Below, piece by piece: positions 26,889 through 36,018 of a DNA stretch of 64,000 nt. The DNA lies in the IMG/VR virus record IMGVR_UViG_3300014204_000130, positions 44,146-108,145 of that record, one strand, 5' to 3'. This DNA is from a virus. Lineage: Duplodnaviria > Caudoviricetes. The notes under the pieces are model-generated. The model had not been told where the DNA came from. It was given only the letters and a program-made list of their open reading frames with translations, and did no database searches. The position numbers and the translations under genes are program-made. Positions within the stretch are counted from its first letter, which is position 1. Each line of letters starts with the position of its first letter.

Positions 26889-27147
26889 TCAAAAGATTCT
26901 CCAGATTAACCACATGAACCTTCATCTTTTCAATATTTTCCAAGATGATCTTCTCGGAATCGGATATTTTCTTTTCGAATTCTGCAATGTTTGTATCTAT
27001 TTCGGAAAGTGATTCGATTTGAAATTCATCTCTCAACATATTCATGTGTGCTTCATGTTTGGCATTTGCCGCTTGAATTCCTTTTTCAACTTTCGACTGC
27101 CGAAGTGTAAGAGTTGAAATTTCTTTCTTAATTTCATCAATATTCAT
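26881..27147 (-). CDS. coiled-coil protein, possibly a middle segment of SbcC
   Basis: Heptad pattern; adjacent to the SbcC C-terminal half. Confidence 0.55.
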   Translation of the reverse strand: MNIDEIKKEISTLTLRQSKVEKGIQAANAKHEAHMNMLRDEFQIESLSEIDTNIAEFEKKISDSEKIILENIEKMKVHVVNLENLLNG

Positions 27148-27165
27148 TCTACATTCCTCCTAGCG

Positions 27166-28077
27166 TTAATATGGTAGTTCTATACCATGAGTAAATCTGA
27201 TAACATCCCTCAACTTTAAAGGACCGTCCATACAATATTTGTAAAGTTGTGGATGTGTTTCAAATAGTCTATGAAACCTAGTTGTTTTATTCTTTTTCAA
27301 TTCCATACCCACACCGAACATACAGAATATACATCCTGTTCTTGTGTAACCCATATCATATATTTTTGAATACTGGACATCTTTTGTTTTTATGTATTCC
27401 CAAATGTCCGATTCCAACCAGAAAGATAGAGGTCTTGAGGAAGGTCTATTCGCCTTAAAAGCATTACATCCATCTCTCAAATAAGACGCTTTTCTCTGAT
27501 CCCCATCAGATGCCATTGTTCCAATAAATGGATGATCTCCTATGAGATCCATTGGTTTTTTTTCCAATTCCCGACAGCATTTGTCGGAAATCATAAAAGG
27601 TGCTTTTAAAAGATGTTTCCAACATTCTGAAACTTTAGATATTTGCATATAAGATCCATCTGATCGATAACCAGTTTCGCGCAATCTTCTTAAAATATCA
27701 GATTTTGTTTTTTGATGTTCTCCAACATATTGAGCTATCATCTTTGAAACTACCGGATACCCATATTTTTGAATGACTTCTAAAAATGATATTTTTGGTT
27801 TCACCCATTCTACATTTTTAATTGTTTTTACGAAGTCTCTAATTTCTGGAAATTCCAATCCAGTATCGGCAAATATTGCTTTTGTTTCGGGAAATATACT
27901 TCTAATTAAATGTAATAAAACAGTTGAATCTTTTCCTCCGGAAAAACTTACACAAGCCGCCGGAAATTGGGAAAACCATTCATAAATTCGTTTTATTGAT
28001 GCGTTTATTTTTTCTTCCAATGGAAGTGACTGCATTTGAACCAATTTCACCCATCGAATTTGTTCATCGATATTCAT
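27166..28077 (-). CDS. PAPS-reductase-family (PP-loop) protein
   Basis: SFSGGKDSTVL, DTGLEFPE, CC..L.KKP, RTGCIFC; flanked by a 28-bp direct repeat. Confidence 0.88.
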   Translation of the reverse strand: MNIDEQIRWVKLVQMQSLPLEEKINASIKRIYEWFSQFPAACVSFSGGKDSTVLLHLIRSIFPETKAIFADTGLEFPEIRDFVKTIKNVEWVKPKISFLEVIQKYGYPVVSKMIAQYVGEHQKTKSDILRRLRETGYRSDGSYMQISKVSECWKHLLKAPFMISDKCCRELEKKPMDLIGDHPFIGTMASDGDQRKASYLRDGCNAFKANRPSSRPLSFWLESDIWEYIKTKDVQYSKIYDMGYTRTGCIFCMFGVGMELKKNKTTRFHRLFETHPQLYKYCMDGPLKLRDVIRFTHGIELPY

Positions 28078-28078
28078 T

Positions 28079-28993
28079 CTACATTCCTCCGAATGCTTTC
28101 AAAATATAATTCACAGTTTCATCTGTATGATTGATTCTTTTTGCAAATGATCTTAAAGCATCATTGATATTTGTGAATGAAACTTGTTCATCAATGAGAT
28201 TTTTCATGTTTGTAATCTCATCTTTAACAGTTGTATTGTCTGCTATAGATTCTTCAATTTCCAATCGGAGATTATTACTCCAGACATCTTTTTCACATTT
28301 AATATCCAATTCTTTTGTTTTGATTATTCCATTTTCAACTTGGATATATACACATTTTGGAATTCGATCAATGTCATGTTTGGTTTTCTTACGTCTGGAC
28401 AATGCACCTGGAGCAATAAATTTAATTCCACTCACATCTTCAATGCCCTGATATGGATGGTAATGTGCAACGCAAACTATTTCCACGGGAACTTTGAAAT
28501 CTTCCCACAAATAATGTTCGAAAATAACTGGACTTTTGGTAAGTGTGTGATGTGTCAGTAAGATGTTGGTGTGTGACTTGGATGAATATTCATTTGAACT
28601 TATAACTGGATCTGTTCCATGTCCAGCTCCAATAACTCGGACATCCCCAAACTCTTTATATGTTCGAATTATTTCAACAACTCCAACACTGTTGAGTAAT
28701 TCAAGTGGTGATTGTTCGGGATGACCATCATGTCCTTCATTTCCCATAACAACATGCAATTTCAATCCACGTTCAATGTAAGAATTCAATAAGTTAATAA
28801 GAGGATTAAATGCAAGAAATCCAATCTTCGGAGAGTCAAACAGATCTCCACCATACAACAGGACACATTCATTTTTGTATGCTAATTGAAAAACTCGTTC
28901 TAGTTTTCCAAGGATAGATTTATTGTAATCATCCTTGCGATTCACGGGTCGGGCACCGTAATGTAAATCGGTGAAATAAATAAATTTTCTCAT
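28079..28993 (-). CDS. sbcD: SbcD/Mre11-family metallophosphoesterase nuclease
   Basis: TDLHYG, GGDLFD, MGNEGHD, LTHH, AHYH, PGALSR. Confidence 0.85.
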   Translation of the reverse strand: MRKFIYFTDLHYGARPVNRKDDYNKSILGKLERVFQLAYKNECVLLYGGDLFDSPKIGFLAFNPLINLLNSYIERGLKLHVVMGNEGHDGHPEQSPLELLNSVGVVEIIRTYKEFGDVRVIGAGHGTDPVISSNEYSSKSHTNILLTHHTLTKSPVIFEHYLWEDFKVPVEIVCVAHYHPYQGIEDVSGIKFIAPGALSRRKKTKHDIDRIPKCVYIQVENGIIKTKELDIKCEKDVWSNNLRLEIEESIADNTTVKDEITNMKNLIDEQVSFTNINDALRSFAKRINHTDETVNYILKAFGGM

Positions 28994-29139
28994 GGTTCGT
29001 CCATCCAAGTTGGAAACAATTCCATTGCCAAATTCATTGCCTCATGCCAACAAGCTTTACCATCACTATTGTAGCTGAGAAACATCTTTACACATTTCTC
29101 AAGTTTTTCAATTCGTTCTTTCTGTTCAAGTTCATCCAT
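28990..29139 (-). CDS. small hypothetical protein
   Basis: GGAG RBS; ATGA coupling. Confidence 0.4.
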   Translation of the reverse strand: MDELEQKERIEKLEKCVKMFLSYNSDGKACWHEAMNLAMELFPTWMDEP

Positions 29140-29232
29140 ATTATTTATGTCTCCGGAAATATCAGAATAGATAAGATACGCTACCAACTACAAACAATAA
29201 CAGCACTTGCCAAAGTAATTATTGCATGTCAT

Positions 29233-29448
29233 TTACCTTGTCTGAATGCAGGGATCTTGCATATCTGGAACTGTATCATCCTGTAAGAGTTCTTCAAATT
29301 CCGTACCATCTATAAACATGAATGCTTTCTGAAGAACTACAGACATACAATCAAGGCAAAGATAGAAGATCTTAACTTTGTATGATGTGTATGCATATAC
29401 TTGAGTCTTTCGTTTACATAGGTTGCAAGTTGCATGTTCAATGTTCAT
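29233..29448 (-). CDS. small Zn-finger protein
   Basis: CNLC...CLDC; GGAGG RBS. Confidence 0.55.
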   Translation of the reverse strand: MNIEHATCNLCKRKTQVYAYTSYKVKIFYLCLDCMSVVLQKAFMFIDGTEFEELLQDDTVPDMQDPCIQTR

Positions 29449-29449
29449 A

Positions 29450-29716
29450 TTAAAGCCCTCCCAATGCGAAGAATTTATCACCAAATACCCAAAACAATTC
29501 ACAAAACAATAAAACTGACATCATCCAAAATTCGGCATGGTTCATTCCCAATAATTTAAGAAGATCACAATAATATCTTCCAGCTTTTTCATTTTGAGTT
29601 TCTTTGTCAGACATCATAATAATAATACTTGTAGTCAACACCAACACAGCATTCAACACATATGAACTTCCAGTTACCATCCATGCAATTGTTGTTAAAA
29701 ATATTGCAACTTTCAT
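29450..29716 (-). CDS. small membrane protein
   Basis: Hydrophobic segments. Confidence 0.5.
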   Translation of the reverse strand: MKVAIFLTTIAWMVTGSSYVLNAVLVLTTSIIIMMSDKETQNEKAGRYYCDLLKLLGMNHAEFWMMSVLLFCELFWVFGDKFFALGGL

Positions 29717-29724
29717 GTTCAATC

Positions 29725-30909
29725 CTACAATTTCAATTTTTTCAAACAGGACACACAATACTTGTCGTCTATCAATGGACATTTCGAATCACCAAGACAC
29801 ATATTATGTTGTTCTCGTAAAGTAAATATTTGTTTTTCAATAATTCCAAGACTTCCATTTTGTTGAACTCCAAATACACTAAGTTCTTGTATCTTGGAAT
29901 TCAAGATTTGCAATCTTGATAATTTCTTTGAGAAGAATTCCAAATCAGTTGCATCCGGCACTCGATAACAACTTACCGGAGTATCGATTCTCCTTGGGAG
30001 AATAGAAAGTCTCTTGAGCCTGTCCAATTTTTGGACGAGTGGTAGGAATTTCTCCCGATAATACGTCTCGACTGTCTTGATATTTTTCGAGATTTTCTCA
30101 GCCTTGGGCAACTCCTTAGCAAGAGTATAGCACCCTTTGAGCGTTTCCCGCAACTGTTTTAATCGGATTACTTTATTTTTCAGTTGTGTGAGTTCTTTTT
30201 GCTTTTCTTGAATATTCATTTCAAGAGAGATGATTTCTTCGTAATCCTGCTTCCCATTCTTAATTTTATGATCAATGGAGATATTATCTTTCATCAATGA
30301 TTCAGAAAGTATCTTCTTCTCTTGTAAATCGGTTCCAACTTTTTTCAATAAGACATCTACTTTATCAGAATCGGGAACAAGGCATGACAAGATTTTATTA
30401 CGCGCACCACCGGCATATGTCGGGCCAATGAAGAACATATCCTGATGCTGAGATGCAAAATTCAATTTCTCTTGAATATCGACAAATGAAACTTCTTTGA
30501 ATTTCAAAACATCCGTAATGAATTCTGGAAGTTTTACACCAAACTTTTCCTTCTCGATTCCATCAATGGAATATTTGTCAGATGTAACAGTCTTGTCGAT
30601 GATTGCCAAACATTTCGGACATTGAGGAGTATTTGATTTTACGGGTTCCTTACATGCCGGACATTTCCTCGTCTCCGCAATCGTTTGTTCTCTACGTACA
30701 CAGGCGTTGGAAAGTTGAGCCTCGACCCACCCATCAGTCGTAAAGTTCCGCATGTAAAAAGGGCCACGGTAAATAACGGAATTCAATGCCCGGAGGAAAG
30801 AGGATTTCCCCGCGTCAGACAGTCCAACGATGGACGTAAGACTTGGGGAAAGTTCAATCTCGGAATCCACATGTGATTGGAAGTTGTGAATTTTAATGGA
30901 TTTGATCAT
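29725..30909 (-). CDS. sbcC: SbcC/Rad50 ATPase, N-terminal half
   Basis: MIKSIKIHNFQSH, Walker A GLSDAGKS, Q-loop FASQH, coiled coil, C-terminal CPL...CVSC; internal CPAC/CPKC insert. Confidence 0.85.
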   Translation of the reverse strand: MIKSIKIHNFQSHVDSEIELSPSLTSIVGLSDAGKSSFLRALNSVIYRGPFYMRNFTTDGWVEAQLSNACVRREQTIAETRKCPACKEPVKSNTPQCPKCLAIIDKTVTSDKYSIDGIEKEKFGVKLPEFITDVLKFKEVSFVDIQEKLNFASQHQDMFFIGPTYAGGARNKILSCLVPDSDKVDVLLKKVGTDLQEKKILSESLMKDNISIDHKIKNGKQDYEEIISLEMNIQEKQKELTQLKNKVIRLKQLRETLKGCYTLAKELPKAEKISKNIKTVETYYREKFLPLVQKLDRLKRLSILPRRIDTPVSCYRVPDATDLEFFSKKLSRLQILNSKIQELSVFGVQQNGSLGIIEKQIFTLREQHNMCLGDSKCPLIDDKYCVSCLKKLKL

Positions 30910-31430
30910 TACAATTTACCATCCAATCTTTTTATAATTTTATCAACGATAAAATGATCTTCATCTCGGATTTTTATATTTTCCTTATTTTTCAAATACC
31001 AATCGCGAACATCCCATCTTCCGGTAATCGTTCGACCCGCACCAGCCCAATCAGCTACCATTTCTGACAATGCTCCGAGTGACATTCCTACTGGAAATTC
31101 TTTTCCAGAATCCTCAATCAGATACCAATATTGCCAGTGGTGATCATTTCTTTTTTGATGTTTACACCATGAAATACTAAACTGGTCTGATGGGAAAAAT
31201 CCGTATGGTGCGGCTTCACAACATCCAAATTTTCCAAATGCTTCCATAGTTTTGTCGTTAACCTTTTTGAGGTCGTAGAAATAATCGACATAAGAAAACC
31301 ATTCAGAAGGAAGGAATTTACTGAGATCGTGAGTTAGTAATCTCCAAATTGGTGTTCCAATTTTCAATCCAGCAATCAATACAAACCATTTATGTAAAAT
31401 TATATATTTCAAATATTTAAGATGTTTCAT
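30909..31430 (-). CDS. HD-like phage protein (DUF5662-like)
   Basis: HKWFV, HDLSKF.PSE, HQKRNDHHWQYW, EMVADW.GA. Confidence 0.7.
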   Translation of the reverse strand: MKHLKYLKYIILHKWFVLIAGLKIGTPIWRLLTHDLSKFLPSEWFSYVDYFYDLKKVNDKTMEAFGKFGCCEAAPYGFFPSDQFSISWCKHQKRNDHHWQYWYLIEDSGKEFPVGMSLGALSEMVADWAGAGRTITGRWDVRDWYLKNKENIKIRDEDHFIVDKIIKRLDGKL

Positions 31431-31639
31431 TTTCGAACTCCAATAATTACCAATTTAGTTTCAACGAATTCAACTTCTGTTTCAATTCCCGAGAAAGAAT
31501 CCAATTCAAATGTATTCAATCTGATTACTTCAAACAACCCTTTAATCTTCAGAAAGTAATTCCCTTCAAATTTGAATACATCTCCAGGTTTCAAACTTCC
31601 AAATGGTAGTTCAACTCCAGAAACATCTTCGATTTTCAT
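31427..31639 (-). CDS. hypothetical protein
   Basis: F.SLKPGDVF motif; ATGA coupling. Confidence 0.6.
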   Translation of the reverse strand: MKIEDVSGVELPFGSLKPGDVFKFEGNYFLKIKGLFEVIRLNTFELDSFSGIETEVEFVETKLVIIGVRK

Positions 31640-32133
31640 TTTTTGGATTCCTTTTCTTTCTTCGTTTCCATATCACTTCCATACATCGCAATTGCCAATG
31701 CTGAAAACATATCCTTTGCAAATCCAAACAATGGACCGGGATTCTTTTGGGTTCCTTTCGGACCAAAGGTATCAATCATAAATTGATGTATGATTGCATC
31801 ATTTGCCTTTGGATTGTCTGTATGGTGTGTAACAATAGTCTTTCGAAAAGCCATATTCCATTTGATTCCAAGACTATTACATCTTTCCTGAACCATACCA
31901 ATGAACTTTGCTGTATCAAACATACTCTTGCCGACGCCTGAACCATATTGAGCAAGATCTTCAATGTAACAAACAATTCCTTTATTGGAATTCTTTGTAA
32001 TGTAGTTCAAAATTGATTGATTTGGAACCTTCCCCTTTGCAATGATTCGGGACGATTCATGTTCCCCGGACGTATGCTTATAAAAAACAAATCCTGTCTC
32101 TTCACTTCCCGGATCAATTGCAAAAATAACCAT
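31636..32133 (-). CDS. ruvC: RuvC-like Holliday junction resolvase
   Basis: IFAIDPGSEETG, YIED, DMFSALAIA. Confidence 0.75.
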   Translation of the reverse strand: MVIFAIDPGSEETGFVFYKHTSGEHESSRIIAKGKVPNQSILNYITKNSNKGIVCYIEDLAQYGSGVGKSMFDTAKFIGMVQERCNSLGIKWNMAFRKTIVTHHTDNPKANDAIIHQFMIDTFGPKGTQKNPGPLFGFAKDMFSALAIAMYGSDMETKKEKESKK

Positions 32134-32655
32134 CTATGACTCCAATACATTCAGTTTATTTTCATATATACCATGACTGACACAATAATCATTATATGCT
32201 TTGGCGGCTTCAATCTCAGTCATAAAATTTCCAATATGAATTCTCCTCTTATTCATCGTAATTCTAGCTGTCCATTTTTTATTTCCAACTTGTGTGCGTC
32301 TATATGTGACACCGTAGTATTTTGAAGCTGATTTCATTCTCAATTTTGTAATGATTGCATGATAATTATTTTGAGATACATTACACCATTCCAAGTTGGA
32401 TGCATGATTATTCTCTTTATTACCATCTTTATGATTGACCATACAATATCCATTGGTATTTGGAATATATGCCAATGCGACCAATCTATGAATAAACATT
32501 TTCTTAGGAAGATTAAACTTATCTCTAGGAGTAACCTTCATATATCCATCTTTGTCGAAATATGGATTTAATTGCTTATTATAAATCAGTGAAAATATAT
32601 TTCCATCGATACCTATCAGATATCTTGGAAACATCTCTAATTCAACTCCAATCAT
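32134..32655 (-). CDS. HNH-AP2 homing endonuclease
   Basis: IHRLVA, VNHKDGNKENNHASNLEW; AP2 domain SKYYGV..KW.A.I...HIG.F.TEIEAAKAYN. Confidence 0.9.
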   Translation of the reverse strand: MIGVELEMFPRYLIGIDGNIFSLIYNKQLNPYFDKDGYMKVTPRDKFNLPKKMFIHRLVALAYIPNTNGYCMVNHKDGNKENNHASNLEWCNVSQNNYHAIITKLRMKSASKYYGVTYRRTQVGNKKWTARITMNKRRIHIGNFMTEIEAAKAYNDYCVSHGIYENKLNVLES

Positions 32656-33800
32656 TCCGAATCTTCCCCACTTTCAATTTCCAATTCTTCCAGTTCTTCC
32701 GGTTCTTTTTCTGTGGAATCTTCAACATCGGATGCAATTTCTTCTGCATTTTCATTTTTCTTGAAAACGAAATTGTCGGAAGGTTTAATGTCGAACAAAT
32801 TGATTCCCATTGAACTTTTGATATGTTCTACAATTTTATTAATGTGCCCAATTTTGAACTCATCTGGATACCAATTGCTTTCTTTGAATTTATAAACTTT
32901 TCTTGGTAATGCAACAACCATTCCAATATCTTCCAGATATTCAACCAATGAAATTTCACGAACAAATCCACGATCATAAAGATATGTCATTGTGGACATT
33001 GCTTTTTCATTTCCACAAATCTTGTTCTTCAGTGAAGTTACATCACAAGTGTATCCGATCTTTTTTTCGCCATCTTTCAGAGTTTTCCGACGTTTCAATT
33101 CCAATCGAAGATTTGCAGAGAACTTCTGTTGATTACCACCGGGAAGAACTTTCTTCGGGGCGAACGGTTGAGGATCTTGATTATCAATTTCCTGATTGAT
33201 AAGAATCAAAGCCGTATTTGATTTTCTCAATACGAAAGTGGTTCTACGTAAGAACTCTGTAATAATTGCTGCCCGTCTATTACGCTGACCCTTTTCACCA
33301 AGATCTTTATCAAGAATTGCCTTTGAATCAAGCTTTGCCAATGAATCTACAATGATGAAATCATAAATATCATCAACGATTGCATTCTCTGCAATGACCA
33401 ATGCATCTTCTGTATTCAAAGGAGTTACTTGAACCCGAGACGTATCGATCTTTTTGAATTTCAAAAAAGATTCAGTTAATGAATTCTCAACGTCGATGAA
33501 CAGACCATTACAATTTGGATCTTGATCCAATGCATATCGAATAGAATCCAAACAAAGTGTTGTTTTTCCTGTACTTTCCGCACCGTGAATTAGCGTCATT
33601 CCACCCCGAGGAAGGCCACCAATGCCGGAATTGATCCAATCAATATTGGGAAATCCTGTTGGAAGTGGTTTGAAATTTCCAACTTCACTCGATCTATATA
33701 AAACATTTGCGCCGTATGATTTTTGAAACTTGGTATTTGTTTTCTTCAGAAAATTCGCACATCTTTCAGCACGAGAAAGAACCTGTTCTTTACTTGCCAC
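32652..33800 (-). CDS. recA: RecA/UvsX recombinase
   Basis: GGLPRG, GAESTGKTT, FIDVENS, IVDSLA, LILINQ, PGG...KF; GTG start with AAGGAG RBS. Confidence 0.92.
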   Translation of the reverse strand: MASKEQVLSRAERCANFLKKTNTKFQKSYGANVLYRSSEVGNFKPLPTGFPNIDWINSGIGGLPRGGMTLIHGAESTGKTTLCLDSIRYALDQDPNCNGLFIDVENSLTESFLKFKKIDTSRVQVTPLNTEDALVIAENAIVDDIYDFIIVDSLAKLDSKAILDKDLGEKGQRNRRAAIITEFLRRTTFVLRKSNTALILINQEIDNQDPQPFAPKKVLPGGNQQKFSANLRLELKRRKTLKDGEKKIGYTCDVTSLKNKICGNEKAMSTMTYLYDRGFVREISLVEYLEDIGMVVALPRKVYKFKESNWYPDEFKIGHINKIVEHIKSSMGINLFDIKPSDNFVFKKNENAEEIASDVEDSTEKEPEELEELEIESGEDSE

Positions 33801-33903
33801 TTATGATTCTCCTTGAAATTATTATTCCCATAAAGGGAATCCTCACCTTAGCCAGCCAAGCCGGACCCATCCATACAGCGCCAAATCACGCCTTGATTCA
33901 ACT

Positions 33904-33932
33904 ATCCTACTAGATTTTATTGAAAAAGTCAA
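33904..33932 (-). promoter_or_regulatory. sigma70-type promoter of recA
   Basis: TTGACT-N17-TAGGAT. Confidence 0.55.
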
Positions 33933-33938
33933 TGGAAA

Positions 33939-34286
33939 TTATTCTTTTGTTTTCTGTTGCATCAAATTAGTAACGATCATGGATTTAATCATCGATTTAA
34001 CAGCTACTGATGCTCGGAGAAATTTTTCTTCCAACCAAATAACTTCCAGATCAAATACTTTCAAAAATTGTTTTGTTTTTAAAATTCGTTCAACTTCCCA
34101 ATTGTTCCCAGTATAAGATTTCTTATATCTTTCCAGGAATGTATGTAATTTTGTATGATCTGAATTACGAATTACAATTAAATTATTCGGATTGTTGTTT
34201 GTGTTGATTTCATCCAAATGATGGACAGTGTTCGCGGAAAGTTTAAAATCAATTCCAGTTAATAAACTTGCTATTTGGAAGTGCAT
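33939..34286 (-). CDS. HNH-domain protein, possibly the 3' part of a frameshifted gene with 34271-34507
   Basis: TVHHLDEINTNNNPNNLIVIRNSDHTKLH. Confidence 0.65.
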   Translation of the reverse strand: MHFQIASLLTGIDFKLSANTVHHLDEINTNNNPNNLIVIRNSDHTKLHTFLERYKKSYTGNNWEVERILKTKQFLKVFDLEVIWLEEKFLRASVAVKSMIKSMIVTNLMQQKTKE

Positions 34287-34507
34287 GGAATTAAATTATC
34301 TTTCCGAATCCAACGGTGCAATCTTGTTTCATCCGAAAGAAAATATCCAAAGATATAATCTCTTTTTAATTCTTCTTGGAATCTTTCGGAATGCACTCGT
34401 TGATATACTTCTCTCTGTCTATAATCATTACATTCAGCGACTACCGAATTTGCTTCGAATTCCTGATCTGTAAAAATTTCAACTTCAATAGTTTTGAAAT
34501 AATTCAT
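34271..34507 (-). CDS. hypothetical protein, possibly the N-terminal part of the HNH gene
   Basis: Overlaps the HNH ORF by 16 nt. Confidence 0.45.
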   Translation of the reverse strand: MNYFKTIEVEIFTDQEFEANSVVAECNDYRQREVYQRVHSERFQEELKRDYIFGYFLSDETRLHRWIRKDNLIPCTSK

Positions 34508-34755
34508 GATATTCTCGCAAAATTCTTTTTATGTATCATATACAACTTCCGATTATTTCTGAATCTTCCAACTATCCAATTGTCGGAAATAACATCTTCA
34601 TCTGGAAATATAGTTTTCCATTTAGATATATAGTGTTTCCAATCTTCTTCGTTGCATTCTGTAAACAAACTTCCATGTGGAATATTTCCGGGAAATATTT
34701 TAAATTCGCGATTGGTTATGAATCTTCTGGGCTTTGTCAAAGATGGAAGTTTCAT
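34504..34755 (-). CDS. hypothetical protein
   Basis: GAGGA RBS. Confidence 0.55.
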   Translation of the reverse strand: MKLPSLTKPRRFITNREFKIFPGNIPHGSLFTECNEEDWKHYISKWKTIFPDEDVISDNWIVGRFRNNRKLYMIHKKNFARIS

Positions 34756-34962
34756 TTTATTTCCTCAAGTAAAGATTTTTCAATCAATCGATATCCGGAA
34801 ATATTACTTGGAAATTGAATTAGAACATATCCAGATTTCAGAAAATTTCGAGATGCTTCCAATCCAAAAGATACATATGTTTTTGAATATATTGCTTGAC
34901 TCGCTTCGACTGCCAATGTTCCACTGGAACTATTATTACATCCTTCTTCAATCCTGTTGTAT

Positions 34963-35190
34963 TTATTTTAATTTCATGTACAACTTTGAAATTTCGCATT
35001 TCAAACCTTTCAATTCCGAATTCTCCTTTTCAATGATTTTAATTATAAAGTTAAAAAGTTCTGATTCATTCTTCTTTAATCCATCTGCCAACTTGAGATT
35101 AAATGTCATTTCAAGAGATATGAAAATATCCTGTCTAGCATCTCTACATTCGGAGTAGAACTTCACAAGTTCATCAATATTAGATTCCAT
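34963..35190 (-). CDS. hypothetical protein
   Basis: ORF directly downstream of the tRNA-like element. Confidence 0.5.
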   Translation of the reverse strand: MESNIDELVKFYSECRDARQDIFISLEMTFNLKLADGLKKNESELFNFIIKIIEKENSELKGLKCEISKLYMKLK

Positions 35191-35217
35191 ATTATTCCCT
35201 TTCAATTTTGATTCCAG

Positions 35218-35295
35218 TTATCTCGGTGAGATTCGAACTCACAATAATACCTATTCCTATCGACTGGTACTGTTTACCAATTAACTTACGAGATA
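35218..35295 (-). tRNA. tRNA-like element with an expanded (~14-nt) anticodon loop; identity undeterminable
   Basis: Acceptor TATCTCG/CGAGATA, D-arm with TGG, perfect T-arm GTGAG-TTCGAAT-CTCAC; anticodon arm AGTACC-AGTCGATAGGAATA-GGTATT; no encoded CCA. Confidence 0.6.
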
Positions 35296-35358
35296 TCCGC
35301 GACGATTGATAGGAGTTTTATTTTGGGGCAAAAGACAACATGCCAACCTTTTCAACTG

Positions 35359-35607
35359 CTACTTGTTATCAACAGAGTGCATCTTTCTCTGTTTAACCTT
35401 GAAGGTGCATTGTGGCAACCTTGTTGAAGGGTATTTATATGTAGTCATGTCTACACAACCAGTTCTGCTCGTCAGACACCATTTATGCGGTGTCGCAGAG
35501 GAGAGGCAGAGATTCAAATCTCTGCCAACTCCCGATTGCATTCGGGTCGTTCCATTTCCCGTTCCGGTTACGGCTCTCCGTGATGTTAGATCTTTATTCT
35601 TTGTCAA
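35359..35607 (-). CDS. hypothetical Cys-containing protein
   Basis: ORF within the operon. Confidence 0.4.
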   Translation of the reverse strand: MTKNKDLTSRRAVTGTGNGTTRMQSGVGRDLNLCLSSATPHKWCLTSRTGCVDMTTYKYPSTRLPQCTFKVKQRKMHSVDNK

Positions 35608-35818
35608 ACAATCGTTTCAATTTCAAAAAAAACTTTGAATCGACAATCGTGAATTCCTTATGAACTCCAAATTCTTTCACAAGATTCAACGCAGAACTAC
35701 CATCTTTTTCTACAACCGATTCTGAAGTTTCAACACCAACTACTTTGTAATTAATCTCTCCCATCTCAGTATCTGTCTGTTTAACCATGTTACTTAACGC
35801 ATTCACATACACTTTCAT
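35594..35818 (-). CDS. hypothetical protein
   Basis: AAGGAG RBS. Confidence 0.6.
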   Translation of the reverse strand: MKVYVNALSNMVKQTDTEMGEINYKVVGVETSESVVEKDGSSALNLVKEFGVHKEFTIVDSKFFLKLKRLFDKE

Positions 35819-35830
35819 AATAATCTCCTT

Positions 35831-36016
35831 TTAAATCTTTACCAAATATCCACAACAACAGTATCCAGTTTCCCGGAATGCTTTACATATACATTTTGTA
35901 TCTTCATTTTGAACTGGAACACATGGACAATAACCACCATTTTTACTTAACATACCTTCAATGGCCTCCCGATGTTTTGGATGTTCATTCAACTTGTAAC
36001 CTTCTGGAATTTCCAT
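35831..36016 (-). CDS. ferredoxin-thioredoxin reductase catalytic-subunit-like protein
   Basis: GYCPC...KCIC..F...GYCCCGY pattern, compared with the family motifs CPC/CPC/CHC. Confidence 0.7.
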   Translation of the reverse strand: MEIPEGYKLNEHPKHREAIEGMLSKNGGYCPCVPVQNEDTKCICKAFRETGYCCCGYLVKI

Positions 36017-36018
36017 CG

